A stretch of DNA of 64,000 bases from Clostridia bacterium. Lineage in GTDB: Bacteria > Bacillota > Clostridia > Christensenellales > DTU072. A program made the position numbers and the translations under genes. The notes under the pieces were generated by a model. That model had not been told where the DNA came from. It did not search any database and saw only the letters and a program-made list of their open reading frames with translations. Shown piece by piece: positions 28,882 through 38,293 of the stretch. Location: the NCBI GenBank assembly GCA_045535785.1, contig JAZSMH010000031.1, positions 61,903-125,902 on the forward strand, read 5' to 3'. Every line of letters starts with the position of its first letter. Position 1 is the first letter of the stretch.

Positions 28882-30246
28882 TTATTGTTGAGTTCCAATA
28901 ATTTTGACTTCTTTGTTGTCTTGATAAAATATACTTAACGTATTATTAGGATTAATGCAGAATTTTGCGTGAGTGGTGTCAACGCTATAATATTCAACAG
29001 TAGATACATTATTTTTAGTGCGTATCATTACAAGTTCATTATTTTTTGATTTAGCTAAGCAATAGAAGGTTTCTTTGAAATAATTTACTTCGTATATATT
29101 CAACAACGTGTTATAGCAATCAGATTGGTTTAAATCGGTGCTTAGATCATAGTTGAGGGAGACAACACCATTTATATTTCCTTGTGAAAAGAACATTAAT
29201 TTATCGTTTATTGCTAATACTTTGCTAATATTGGAATAACCTAAATTTTTCGTTATTAGGGCGTTATTTAGAGTGTAATCTAGTTTTGTTGCGACTATCA
29301 TATTATTTTGCATTGATAATACTATGAAATATTGTGAGCCATTTTCTATGATAGGAACAACTGATATTAGTTGAGAATTTATAATCGATGATTCAAAAGA
29401 CAATGAAAGGCTGTTTGTGTTAAGTTTTACTATGCTGTATGAATTATTTGTACTGTTGTTACAAAATATTAAAAAATAATTGTTGAAGTCAAAAATTTCT
29501 ACAACGTCTCCGCCGTTGATGCGTTGGAACATAAAGCTGTTATCATGAGGTTTGTACACAATGGTTTCATTTGAATATTTTGCAAAAACTAAAAAAGATG
29601 AACCTACGCTGACTATTTCTGCTGTGTCAGCATATGGAATACGATAAGTGGTAATCTCAGTTAATTCTATTGAGATTTTATTTATATAAAGGTAATCGTT
29701 ATTTTTTGACGTTGATATTATAATGATTCCATCCGCTATAACGTTGGAGGCAACGTATCTATAAGTGTAAGAGTACGATAAAGAAATCGCATTTTGTATA
29801 TTACCGGCGATGTCTATAATCACAACTCCGATAGACGGTAATTTGCCGCATACGTCACCAGAGCTAGCGTTTGAAGATAGTATAGCAAGAAGTCCTTTTG
29901 AGGTGCTAATTACATTTTGTAACTTAATTGAATCATCACCATAGATTCGTTGAGTATACAAGTGTGATTCGCTAGCGAGCGGTTGTCGCGGTATTGTGTC
30001 GTTATATGTAGTTTTGACCTCATCGTTAGAAGGTGTGCTTAAATCGGGTAGATTGGTATCGATAGTTTCATCTTTTGAGGTAAAATCTAGATTGTCGCTG
30101 GGAGTGGATGGAACGTCCGTATTGTCTAACGAGGTGTCGGGTATCACTACTTCGCCATGACGTATTTCTACGAAAAATAGTACGGCAATTATGGTTAGTA
30201 AGAGTAGATACAGTATCTTTGGTGTTAATTTTTTTATGGTATTCAT
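28882..30246 (-). CDS. Bitopic membrane protein of unknown function (454 aa): N-terminal TM, acidic S/T/P/D linker, repeat-rich beta domain
   Basis: GGAGG sits 5 nt before the second ATG (30246). The TM segment is ILYLLLLTIIAVLFFV. The linker is DTSLDNTDVPSTPSDNLDFTSKDETIDTNLPDLSTPSNDE. About 8-9 strand-turn-strand units of roughly 40 aa follow (YFLIFCNNSTNNSYSIVKLN, YFIVLSMQNNMIVATKLD, TFYCLAKSKNNELVMIRTKNN). No family recognised. Confidence 0.6.
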   Translation of the reverse strand: MNTIKKLTPKILYLLLLTIIAVLFFVEIRHGEVVIPDTSLDNTDVPSTPSDNLDFTSKDETIDTNLPDLSTPSNDEVKTTYNDTIPRQPLASESHLYTQRIYGDDSIKLQNVISTSKGLLAILSSNASSGDVCGKLPSIGVVIIDIAGNIQNAISLSYSYTYRYVASNVIADGIIIISTSKNNDYLYINKISIELTEITTYRIPYADTAEIVSVGSSFLVFAKYSNETIVYKPHDNSFMFQRINGGDVVEIFDFNNYFLIFCNNSTNNSYSIVKLNTNSLSLSFESSIINSQLISVVPIIENGSQYFIVLSMQNNMIVATKLDYTLNNALITKNLGYSNISKVLAINDKLMFFSQGNINGVVSLNYDLSTDLNQSDCYNTLLNIYEVNYFKETFYCLAKSKNNELVMIRTKNNVSTVEYYSVDTTHAKFCINPNNTLSIFYQDNKEVKIIGTQQ

Positions 30247-30295
30247 ATGCGCCTCCATTTACCTTATTATAAATTAGGTATAGCGCAAAAAAATC

Positions 30296-30324
30296 AATAT
30301 AACAAAAAATATCATTTTTGGCAA
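30296..30324 (-). promoter_or_regulatory. Weak candidate internal promoter for the unknown bitopic protein gene
   Basis: On the minus strand: TTGCCA (complement of 30319-30324), 17 nt spacer, TGt-TATATT (complement of 30296-30301). Confidence 0.3.
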
Positions 30325-30338
30325 TTATTTGACAATTT

Positions 30339-31349
30339 TCACATTGCCGATAAAATATGTTTTACAATTTTTTCATTAATTTCTAATACATTTAAAACTG
30401 GTGGTTTTTTGTGCCAAATTATTTCAATAAGAGAATTAAGTGTAGCAGGGGATAATTCATCTTGTAATAATATTTCGCAAAATCCTCTATTTTTGTAACT
30501 AAGGGCGTTCAACAACTGATCTCCTCGTGAGGCGCCTTTGGGTAGAGGTATGGTAATGCAGCGTTTTCCTAGTGCGGCAACCTCGGCTAAGGTATTTGCT
30601 CCGCTTCTACATATTACCAAGTCGGATAGAGCCAACGCTTCTGCGAAGTTATCCGTATATGAAAGTTGTATATAATTTTGGGCTTTTACGCTAAAATCAC
30701 CATAATTACCAGATATGTGAATAATATTATATAAATTTTGTAGCTTGGGCAACAAATCGTAGATAATTTTGTTAATAGCAATCGATCCTAACGAGCCCCC
30801 GGAAACAAGAATGGTTTTTTTATTATGGTTTAGCTTAAACGTGTTGGTTACCTTGAATGATTTTTTGTAGATTTCTTCACGGATAGGGTTTCCGACAAAA
30901 ACACCTTGTTCAGTTTCGGGAAAAGACGTGAGCGTGACTTTTGCAAACTTAGATACAAGTTTATTTGCTACACCCAAAGTGTAATCTGATTCGTGACAAA
31001 CTATAGGAATGTTAAGAATTTTTGCTGCATAACAGGTAGGCAAAGACACATAACCACCTTTTGAAAAAATAACGTTTGGAGATATATTTGACAAAATTTC
31101 TTTTGCTTCAAAAATACCTTTCGTTAGCAAAAATGGTATTTTTGCATTTGACAATAATTTGCTTCTATCCAGCTTAATTGTTGATGTTTTGTGGAAGGGA
31201 ATATTTTCGTTTTTTATTAATTTTTCTTCTATACCATTGCTTCCAATATAGTGGATTGAGTCAAAATATTTGTAAAGTTCGTTTAAAAGTGCAATATTAG
31301 GGATGACGTGCCCACCTGTTCCACCGCCAGTAAGTACTATAGTCGCCAT
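30339..31349 (-). CDS. murG: UDP-N-acetylglucosamine--N-acetylmuramyl-(pentapeptide)-PP-undecaprenol GlcNAc transferase MurG
   Basis: MATIVLTGGGTGGHVIPNIAL (GT28 N-terminal G-loop). C-terminal SGANTLAEVAALGKRCITIPLP...RGDQLLNA. GGAGA sits 6 nt before ATG 31349. The longer track start at 31397 lacks an SD. The gene ends in TGA. Confidence 0.88.
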   Translation of the reverse strand: MATIVLTGGGTGGHVIPNIALLNELYKYFDSIHYIGSNGIEEKLIKNENIPFHKTSTIKLDRSKLLSNAKIPFLLTKGIFEAKEILSNISPNVIFSKGGYVSLPTCYAAKILNIPIVCHESDYTLGVANKLVSKFAKVTLTSFPETEQGVFVGNPIREEIYKKSFKVTNTFKLNHNKKTILVSGGSLGSIAINKIIYDLLPKLQNLYNIIHISGNYGDFSVKAQNYIQLSYTDNFAEALALSDLVICRSGANTLAEVAALGKRCITIPLPKGASRGDQLLNALSYKNRGFCEILLQDELSPATLNSLIEIIWHKKPPVLNVLEINEKIVKHILSAM

Positions 31350-31421
31350 AAATGTTCTCCAATACATAGTATTGTCCTTTCGATTTTTTTGATACAAAAC
31401 CCATTTTTTTTCGGTAAAGTA

Positions 31422-31450
31422 TTGAAATTATTTTTGTACAGTAGTATAAT
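31422..31450 (+). promoter_or_regulatory. Candidate sigma-A promoter for hydrolase-GLUG lipoprotein-thrS
   Basis: TTGAAA (31422-31427), 17 nt spacer, TATAAT (31445-31450). GGAGG at 31473-31477 precedes ATG 31485. Confidence 0.55.
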
Positions 31451-31484
31451 ATACTAAATAACTAACCGATTAGGAGGGTTTACG

Positions 31485-32390
31485 ATGAAATACTTAGAAC
31501 TTCAAGCATTTGACGGTACCAACATTGGTATAACTTTATGGGATGAAGTGGAATCTCCCAAGGCTTGCGTACAAATAGCGCACGGCATGGCCGAACATCC
31601 TGATAGATATGATGACTTTGCAAAATACCTCAATGCAAAGGGATACATAGTTGCGGGTGACGATCATAGAGGACATCGCCGTGGGGCAATTAACGGCGAA
31701 AACGGTATGGTTTATGGTGATAGCTGGAATCAAACCATCGAGGATATGAATACTTTGTGTGATTACTTAAAATCTACTTATGGTTTACCAGTAGTTTTGT
31801 TAGGACATAGTTATGGTAGCTTTTTATCTCAATGTTTTGTAGAAAGACATCACGATAAATTGGCAGGTTGCTTATTGAGTGGCACTGCGCATATGAAAAA
31901 TGCCTTGATAGCAGCAGGAAGCGTTATTGCTGGTATACAAAAAGTATTTTGTGGAGGACACAAACTCGGCAAGTTAATCAACAAAATTAGCTTTGGTGAG
32001 TACAATAAGCCCTTTGTTGAACAAGGGCAAGAATTTGCGTGGTTGAGCCGTGATAAAGAGCAAGTAGCTAAGTATGAAGCAGATAAAGACTGCGGATTTG
32101 TCCTTTGCATCGATTATTACTATGCTTTCTTCAAGGGTGTTCTCAATATGTACGGCGAAGATGCTAAGACAATTCCTCACGATTTCAAAATAATGGTTGC
32201 TTGTGGAAGTGAAGATCCAGTTTCTAACAATTCCGCACTTGCTCGTAAGCTTGCAGAATTCTATATTTCACTAGGACTATCTCCCGTTCTTAAGGTTTAC
32301 GAAGGAGCTCGTCACGAAATATTGAACGAAACGAATAAGGAAGAAGTATACGAAGATTTTGGTAAATTTATTGACAGTCTTATTGGCTAG
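31485..32390 (+). CDS. Alpha/beta hydrolase, lysophospholipase/monoacylglycerol lipase-like
   Basis: HGMAEHPDRYDDFAKYL...DHRGH. Nucleophile elbow GHSYGS. C-terminal catalytic His context ARHEILNE. Confidence 0.8.
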   Translation: MKYLELQAFDGTNIGITLWDEVESPKACVQIAHGMAEHPDRYDDFAKYLNAKGYIVAGDDHRGHRRGAINGENGMVYGDSWNQTIEDMNTLCDYLKSTYGLPVVLLGHSYGSFLSQCFVERHHDKLAGCLLSGTAHMKNALIAAGSVIAGIQKVFCGGHKLGKLINKISFGEYNKPFVEQGQEFAWLSRDKEQVAKYEADKDCGFVLCIDYYYAFFKGVLNMYGEDAKTIPHDFKIMVACGSEDPVSNNSALARKLAEFYISLGLSPVLKVYEGARHEILNETNKEEVYEDFGKFIDSLIG

Positions 32391-32399
32391 GAGTTTTGA

Positions 32400-35036
32400 A
32401 TGAAAAATAAATTTTTAGTGCTTACTTGCGTAATATTATGCGTTGTTATAGCAACACTTACGCTTGTAGCGTGTAATGAAGAGAAAGAACCCACGGTAGA
32501 AATTAAGCCTGCTACTACTGTAGAGGTTGGAACGGCTGAAGAATTGTTAGCTGTTTCGCAATATGTTGGTCTTGAATATTCGCAATATACTATCAAACTT
32601 ACGGCGGATATCGACTTGTCGGAAGTTGAATGGAAGCCGATAGGCATTACCCATAAAAAAGCTTTCATGGGTACGTTTGATGGCAACGGACATAAAATAA
32701 CTGGATTAACCATAACTGGTTGGGACGAAGAAGGCAATCCTAAGTATATTGCAAAGAGAATTCTCGGCTGGGTTGATGGTCAACCTATTTATAAGAGTTC
32801 CGCTATAATTTCTATTGACGAAGGCGAAGTTGTTGAAGAGAACCAAAAAGTTGCAGTTGACGTGATTAAGGAAGGCGATAACGACGATCCTAATTACGAA
32901 AATCTTGCAGACAACGGAACATTTGAAGAACATGGTGGATATGGTAGCGTAGGTCTATTTGGTTATACCGTAGGTGCAACCGTAAAGAATCTAACCGTTA
33001 GTGGTGCTGATATTTCTTTTTACAGTTCTGGTGATTACGCATATGCGGGTGTAATTAGCGGATACGATGCTGCGTCAACCTTTGCAGACGTCACAGTTGA
33101 AAATAGTTCGATTGCTACGTCGTTGATTTATGACCAAAAGGTCGTATATTACGATTACTTTGGAACGCCTTCTATGTTTTCAAACGTAAGCGAGACGACT
33201 CAATACGTTGGCGGTGTAGTAGGCTATGCTAAGAGCAAAACTACCGTTAAAGACGGCAAAACTGCAGTTGTTGGAACGACGTTAACTAACGTTGTTAGCA
33301 ATTCTTTTGTTTTTGACAACACTAACTATTCGGCATATTATAATGCAGGATTAGAAATTATCGGTGACAAAGAAGAATCACAGTTAATACACAATACCGG
33401 GATTGAGGATGGTTATGAAGTAACCGACGTTGAAAAGAGAATAAGTAGAGGCACTATTGGTAGTGAAAACTATCCCGTGCAAGTTTATACTGGAGCAGTA
33501 GCCGGATATATGGATGGTGCAAAAGTTAACGCGACGAGTGTTGATGGATTCAACAAGGCTGAATACAAAGATACCACCAACGAATTGGTTAATCCTACGC
33601 TGTTAATTGCTCGCTCTCTATATGCGGCTGGTATATCTGGTTGTCTGTACAATGGTGAAATTAGCGACGTAGACGTTAGCAACGTATTCGTTAATACAAT
33701 CAATTGGAGTAGATGGAATAACGACATAGGCAACGGTTTGATATTAGATAAAGCAACGGCAGCAGGTGCTGTAGCACTTGTAGGTAATGCAAAAATTACC
33801 GATGTTGAAACAAATGCCATTTACTTTGATTTGGGTGGTGGTGCTTCTTTATCCAACGTATGCGTAGGCGGAATAGCGGGTTACGTATACGATGCTACGG
33901 AAATTAGCAACGTTACAGTAAAAGACATTTTTGCATACAGTAACTATACTGGCGGTGGTAGCGAAGAGGTTGGATCTATATTGGCCGGTGTTGTTGGTGT
34001 TATGCGTAATGGCAAATTAACGCAAGCAAAGGTTGACGATGCTGGATTCGAGCTTTCTGGTCACATAACCACTGATCTTAGATTCGTTAAAGGCGTAGTA
34101 AGTCAACTTTATGGTAATTCGGTTTGTGAGAATTCTGAAGCTAAAAACGTTGTTATTTACACTTCAAAAATAGCAACTCAAGAATATGACGACGTAGAGC
34201 CTTTGCAATATAAGAACAACTATGTTAATGAAGATGGATTTACTAGCGTGCAACTTTATTATACTGTCAACGAAAAAATTGCTGGTGTTTACGTTACCGT
34301 CTACGGCGAGTTGGTGCCTGCTGATAGTTTAGCAAATGCTCTTTACAAAGAAACCGTTTATAAAAAGGTAACGCTTAACTATAATGAAGGCGATACGCTA
34401 CCTTTGAATAAGTATTATTACTACAATTCCGCAACGGGCAAGTATAATGCGATAACCGCTAATTCTACTGACAACAATAAATTATATTCGTCTTCTAGAT
34501 TATATGCTGAAAAGTTAGACGTCTATAGAATAGAACTAGATAAGAGTAACGTTGGCAAAACGATATCTGCTGGTACTTATTACGAATACATAAAAGAAAC
34601 TGGTACGTATTCATTAACAACTGATACGGTATTTAATGCTGATAAGACTTATTATATTAGTGCGGATGCTAGCGTTATTGCATCGTATTATTTGAAAATT
34701 ACAGTATATACAGAAAGCGGTAGCAAAATTATTGTCGACAAGAAAAACGTTGACGATGAAGAAGACGACGTTTTGGCAGAAGCAATATACGTTTTGACAA
34801 AAGAAGAAGTAGACGATGCTGTAACAACGGTACAATGTGGTACTACAACCTATGAGCTTGCTAATTCCGAAATATATCTTGACAAATATTTTGTAAACGG
34901 TACGGGATTCAAGGCGGATAAGAATGGTTTTGTAATTAAATACTTTGACGAAAGTCAAACTAATAGGGATTTCAGTAAATACAGTTTTGTAAGTGGACGT
35001 CCCGTAGTAAACAACGTAGAATACGTAATAGATTAG
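32400..35036 (+). CDS. GLUG-motif surface lipoprotein (878 aa)
   Basis: Lipobox ATLTLVAC. GTAEELLAVSQYV...IKLTADIDLSEVEWKPIG...FMGTFDGNGHKITGLTI is typical of GLUG-repeat/beta-helix surface proteins. GLUG-like GSVGLFGY, VGGVVGYA, TGAVAGYM, AAGISGCL, VGGIAGYV recur. Confidence 0.7.
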   Translation: MKNKFLVLTCVILCVVIATLTLVACNEEKEPTVEIKPATTVEVGTAEELLAVSQYVGLEYSQYTIKLTADIDLSEVEWKPIGITHKKAFMGTFDGNGHKITGLTITGWDEEGNPKYIAKRILGWVDGQPIYKSSAIISIDEGEVVEENQKVAVDVIKEGDNDDPNYENLADNGTFEEHGGYGSVGLFGYTVGATVKNLTVSGADISFYSSGDYAYAGVISGYDAASTFADVTVENSSIATSLIYDQKVVYYDYFGTPSMFSNVSETTQYVGGVVGYAKSKTTVKDGKTAVVGTTLTNVVSNSFVFDNTNYSAYYNAGLEIIGDKEESQLIHNTGIEDGYEVTDVEKRISRGTIGSENYPVQVYTGAVAGYMDGAKVNATSVDGFNKAEYKDTTNELVNPTLLIARSLYAAGISGCLYNGEISDVDVSNVFVNTINWSRWNNDIGNGLILDKATAAGAVALVGNAKITDVETNAIYFDLGGGASLSNVCVGGIAGYVYDATEISNVTVKDIFAYSNYTGGGSEEVGSILAGVVGVMRNGKLTQAKVDDAGFELSGHITTDLRFVKGVVSQLYGNSVCENSEAKNVVIYTSKIATQEYDDVEPLQYKNNYVNEDGFTSVQLYYTVNEKIAGVYVTVYGELVPADSLANALYKETVYKKVTLNYNEGDTLPLNKYYYYNSATGKYNAITANSTDNNKLYSSSRLYAEKLDVYRIELDKSNVGKTISAGTYYEYIKETGTYSLTTDTVFNADKTYYISADASVIASYYLKITVYTESGSKIIVDKKNVDDEEDDVLAEAIYVLTKEEVDDAVTTVQCGTTTYELANSEIYLDKYFVNGTGFKADKNGFVIKYFDESQTNRDFSKYSFVSGRPVVNNVEYVID

Positions 35037-35056
35037 TAAACAAGAGGCGATATATA

Positions 35057-36982
35057 ATGAACGTAAAATTAAGAGATGAAGTAAGAGAATTTGAACAAGG
35101 CGTTAGTTTGTTCGATATAGCAAAGTCTATAAGTGATGGTTTAGCAAGAGTTGCACTTTGCGCTAAAGTAAATGGTGTGGTGAAAGAAATGCGTTCCGTT
35201 CTTAATGAAGACGCGGAAGTAGAATTTTTGACCTTTCGAGATGAAGAAGGTAAGAACGCATATCGTCATAGCACCGCACACGTGTTAGCACAAGCAGTTA
35301 GAAGATTATACCCCGACGTAAAAGTTGCAATAGGTCCTGCGATAGCGACTGGGTTTTATTATGATTTTGATTTTGTTACGCCGATTTCTAAAGCTGATTT
35401 AGAAAAGATTGAAGCGGAAATGAAGAAGATAATTAAGGCTAATTATCCGATTATTCGTAAAGAAATCACAAAAGAAGAAGCTCTAGAGTTTTTTGCAAGC
35501 GAACCGTATAAGGTTGATTTGATTGAAAATCTTCCTGAAGATGCTACAATCAGCATTTATACTCAGGATGATTTTACGGACTTATGCGCAGGTCCTCATA
35601 TACCGTCTACAGGCTATATTAAGGCTTATAAACTTACTTCTGTTACAGGTGCATATTGGAGAGGGGATGAAAGCAAAAAGATGCTTACCCGTATTTACGG
35701 AACGTCCTTCGACAAAAAAGCAGATTTAGAAGAATATTTGACTGCGGTAGAAGAAGCTAAGAAAAGAGACCACAACAAAATTGGTAGAGAATTGGGATAT
35801 TTTATGACTGACGAAAATATCGGACAAGGATTACCTTTGTTGATGCCTAAGGGATCAAAACTTTTCCAAATCTTATCTAGATTCATTGAAGATGAAGAAG
35901 AAAGACGTGGTTACGTTCGCACTAAGACGCCGTATATGGCAAAGAGAGAACTTTATAAGATAAGTGGACATTGGGATCATTATCGTGATGGTATGTTCAT
36001 TTTAGGTGATCCTGACGCGGAAGGTGAAGTATTTGCTTTGCGTCCTATGACTTGTCCTTTCCAATATACCATATATAATAATGGTCTAAAATCCTATCGT
36101 GACTTACCCATAAGATATGGCGAAACAAGTACGCTATTTAGAAATGAATCTAGTGGCGAAATGCATGGTTTGATCAGAGTAAGACAATTCACTATAAGCG
36201 AAGGACACCTTGTTTGTACACCTTCGCAACTTGAAGAAGAGTTCAAGGGCTGTCTAGAGCTTGCTAGATATTGCTTGAAGGCAATAGGAATTGACGATGA
36301 CGTAACTTATCGTTTCTCAAGATGGGATCCTGCTAATACTGAAAAGTACATTAATGATCCCGAAAAATGGGAACAAGCGGAAAGTGAAATGGAAAGAATA
36401 TTAAAGGATCTTAACGTTCCTTACACTGATGCAAAGGATGAAGCGGCATTTTATGGACCGAAACTTGACATCCAAATCAAGAACGTGTACGGAAAAGAAG
36501 ACACCTTAATCACTATACAAATCGATATGTTCCTTGCAGAGAACTTCGATATGAGTTATATCGATGAGAACGGCGAAAAGAAACGTCCGTATATTATTCA
36601 TCGTACGTCTATTGGTTGTTACGAAAGAACAATGGCTCTTATTTTGGAAAAATTTGCGGGAGCGCTACCTACGTGGTTAAGTCCTACGCAAGTTAAAGTA
36701 CTATCCTTGACGGAAAGAACGTATGACGATGCAAAGAAATGCGTAGATCAACTAAGATATGCGGGAATTAGAGCGGAAGCAGACGTAAGAAATGAGAAGA
36801 TAGGATACAAAATTAGAGAAGCACAATTAGAGAAAGTTCCCTATATGATCATTATAGGTGACAAAGAAAAAGAAAACGGAGTCGTTGCGGTAAGAAGCAG
36901 AAAAGAAGGCGATATCGGTACGATGACGTTAGAAGAATTTATTGCGAGAATAAATCAAGAAGTTAACGAAAAAAGGGTATAA
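35057..36982 (+). CDS. thrS: Threonine--tRNA ligase
   Basis: The protein has an N-terminal TGS domain. The editing domain shows HSTAHVLAQA. Class II core motifs include RPMTCPFQY, FRNE.SGE.HGL.RVRQF and HRTSIGCYER. A C-terminal anticodon-binding domain follows. Confidence 0.95.
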   Translation: MNVKLRDEVREFEQGVSLFDIAKSISDGLARVALCAKVNGVVKEMRSVLNEDAEVEFLTFRDEEGKNAYRHSTAHVLAQAVRRLYPDVKVAIGPAIATGFYYDFDFVTPISKADLEKIEAEMKKIIKANYPIIRKEITKEEALEFFASEPYKVDLIENLPEDATISIYTQDDFTDLCAGPHIPSTGYIKAYKLTSVTGAYWRGDESKKMLTRIYGTSFDKKADLEEYLTAVEEAKKRDHNKIGRELGYFMTDENIGQGLPLLMPKGSKLFQILSRFIEDEEERRGYVRTKTPYMAKRELYKISGHWDHYRDGMFILGDPDAEGEVFALRPMTCPFQYTIYNNGLKSYRDLPIRYGETSTLFRNESSGEMHGLIRVRQFTISEGHLVCTPSQLEEEFKGCLELARYCLKAIGIDDDVTYRFSRWDPANTEKYINDPEKWEQAESEMERILKDLNVPYTDAKDEAAFYGPKLDIQIKNVYGKEDTLITIQIDMFLAENFDMSYIDENGEKKRPYIIHRTSIGCYERTMALILEKFAGALPTWLSPTQVKVLSLTERTYDDAKKCVDQLRYAGIRAEADVRNEKIGYKIREAQLEKVPYMIIIGDKEKENGVVAVRSRKEGDIGTMTLEEFIARINQEVNEKRV

Positions 36983-36987
36983 TTCGC

Positions 36988-37016
36988 TTGACAATCGCAT
37001 AAAAAATTGATATTAT
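36988..37016 (+). promoter_or_regulatory. Extended -10 promoter of the infC-rpmI-rplT operon
   Basis: TTGACA (36988-36993), 17 nt spacer, TGa-TATTAT (-10 at 37011-37016), starting 6 nt after the thrS stop. Confidence 0.6.
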
Positions 37017-37019
37017 AGC

Positions 37020-37117
37020 AACAAGTAGATACACTCTCACCATTAGCAATCGGGCAAAATGGTTTCTGTAATATTCGTATATCAGAGGAGATGTGTATCT
37101 ATGCACATCTTTTTTTA
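37020..37117 (+). promoter_or_regulatory. Ribosomal protein L20 leader (Firmicute infC-operon attenuator)
   Basis: This roughly 100-nt 5' leader ends in a terminator. GTAGATACAC (37025-37034) can pair with GTGTATCTAT (37093-37102). That pairing overlaps the terminator 5' arm, giving mutually exclusive structures, as expected for the L20-responsive leader of Bacillus-type infC operons. Confidence 0.6.
37089..37117 (+). terminator. Leader (attenuator) terminator upstream of infC
   Basis: Stem AGATGTG/CACATCT (37089-37095 and 37104-37110), followed by a T-run through 37116. It lies immediately before the infC SD GGAGGG (37121-37126). Confidence 0.65.
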
Positions 37118-37130
37118 TTAGGAGGGTACG

Positions 37131-37649
37131 ATTATTTTTAAGGAATTATTGATCAATGAGAGTATCGTTGATAAGGAAGTTCGTCTAATTGACGAGAACG
37201 GAGTCCAACTAGGTGTTATGTCAAGAAACGAAGCGTTACGTATAGCAGAGTTCCGCAACTTGGATTTGGTTAACATTTCCCCCATGGCAAAACCCCCTGT
37301 TTGCAAAATCATGGATTACGGTAAGTACCGTTTTGATATGATTAAGAAAGAAAAAGAAGCAAAAAAAGCACAAAAAATAATTGAAGTTAAGGAAATCAAA
37401 CTTTCACAAACAATAGACGTAGGCGACATTAACGTAAGAGCTAAGCAAACTAGAGATTTTATTCTTGCTGGAAACAAAGTTAAGGTATCCCTTCGTATGA
37501 AAGGAAGACAACAAGAACATCCCGAGATTAGTGTTGAAGTATTACTTAACTTCTTTGAGAAAGTAAAAGACGTGGCTTCAATGGAAAAGAAACCTACCAC
37601 GGAAAATAGAAGCGTCTTTATGATGCTAGTACCAATCGCAAAAAAATAA
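37131..37649 (+). CDS. infC: Translation initiation factor IF-3, probable AUU start
   Basis: The frame is open from 37122. ATT at 37131 lies 5 nt after GGAGG, with a second ATT at 37134 and a TTG at 37149 as alternatives. No ATG is available. A start at 37131 puts 15 residues before the EVRLI motif, as in Bacillus IF-3. Rest of the protein: EVRLIDENGVQLGVMSRNEALRIAEFRNLDLV...PPVCKIMDYGKYRF. Confidence 0.85.
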   Translation: MIFKELLINESIVDKEVRLIDENGVQLGVMSRNEALRIAEFRNLDLVNISPMAKPPVCKIMDYGKYRFDMIKKEKEAKKAQKIIEVKEIKLSQTIDVGDINVRAKQTRDFILAGNKVKVSLRMKGRQQEHPEISVEVLLNFFEKVKDVASMEKKPTTENRSVFMMLVPIAKK

Positions 37650-37673
37650 TACACATAAAGGAGAATTTGGATC

Positions 37674-37874
37674 ATGCCCAAAATGAAAACCCACAGCGGT
37701 GCAAAGAAGCGTTTTAGATTGACTGCCTCCGGCAAAATCAAGAGAGCAAAGCAAAACAAAAATCATATTCTTAACAAAAAGCCCACTAAGAGAACGAGAA
37801 ATCTCCGTAAGGGCGGTTACGTAGATAAAACTCAAGAAAAGACCATGCAAACTTTAATGTACGGTCAAAAATAG
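37674..37874 (+). CDS. rpmI: 50S ribosomal protein L35
   Basis: [31 protein letters not shown] upstream. Confidence 0.93.
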   Translation: MPKMKTHSGAKKRFRLTASGKIKRAKQNKNHILNKKPTKRTRNLRKGGYVDKTQEKTMQTLMYGQK

Positions 37875-37886
37875 TGGAGGTGCAGT

Positions 37887-38243
37887 ATGAGAATTAAAAG
37901 AGCGGTAAATGCAGTAAAGAAGAGAAGAAAAATAATGAGAAGAGCAAAGGGTTACTTTGGCTCCAAATCAAGATCATATAGAATAGCAAGACAAGCAGTT
38001 ATGAAGTCCTTGCAATATGCATACGTTGGCAGAAGACTTAAGAAGAGAGATTTTCGTCAAATGTGGATAGCAAGAATCAACGCTGCAGCAAGAATGAACG
38101 ATTTGTCTTATTCTCGCCTTATGTTTGGTCTAAAGACCGCTGGTATCGATCTTAACCGTAAGGTTCTAGCAGATATAGCAGTTAATGATCCTAAGGCTTT
38201 CGCAGATTTGTGTGAAAAAGCAAAGGCTGCTATTGCAAAATAG
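37887..38243 (+). CDS. rplT: 50S ribosomal protein L20
   Basis: [22 protein letters not shown]...[28 protein letters not shown]. Confidence 0.95.
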   Translation: MRIKRAVNAVKKRRKIMRRAKGYFGSKSRSYRIARQAVMKSLQYAYVGRRLKKRDFRQMWIARINAAARMNDLSYSRLMFGLKTAGIDLNRKVLADIAVNDPKAFADLCEKAKAAIAK

Positions 38244-38251
38244 AAGTGAAA

Positions 38252-38283
38252 GTGGTTATTGCTATATAATAACCACTTTTTTT
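38252..38283 (+). terminator. Intrinsic terminator after rplT
   Basis: 9-bp stem GTGGTTATT/AATAACCAC with loop GCTATAT, followed by T7 (38277-38283). Confidence 0.75.
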
Positions 38284-38293
38284 GATTAATAAT

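Noticed and set aside
28119-31484. Genomic island or prophage remnant at the tRNA cluster (tRNA genes followed by a strand switch)
   Set aside because: The genes after the tRNAs are murG and a membrane protein. I recognised no integrase, transposase or phage genes, and no flanking direct repeats derived from a tRNA end.
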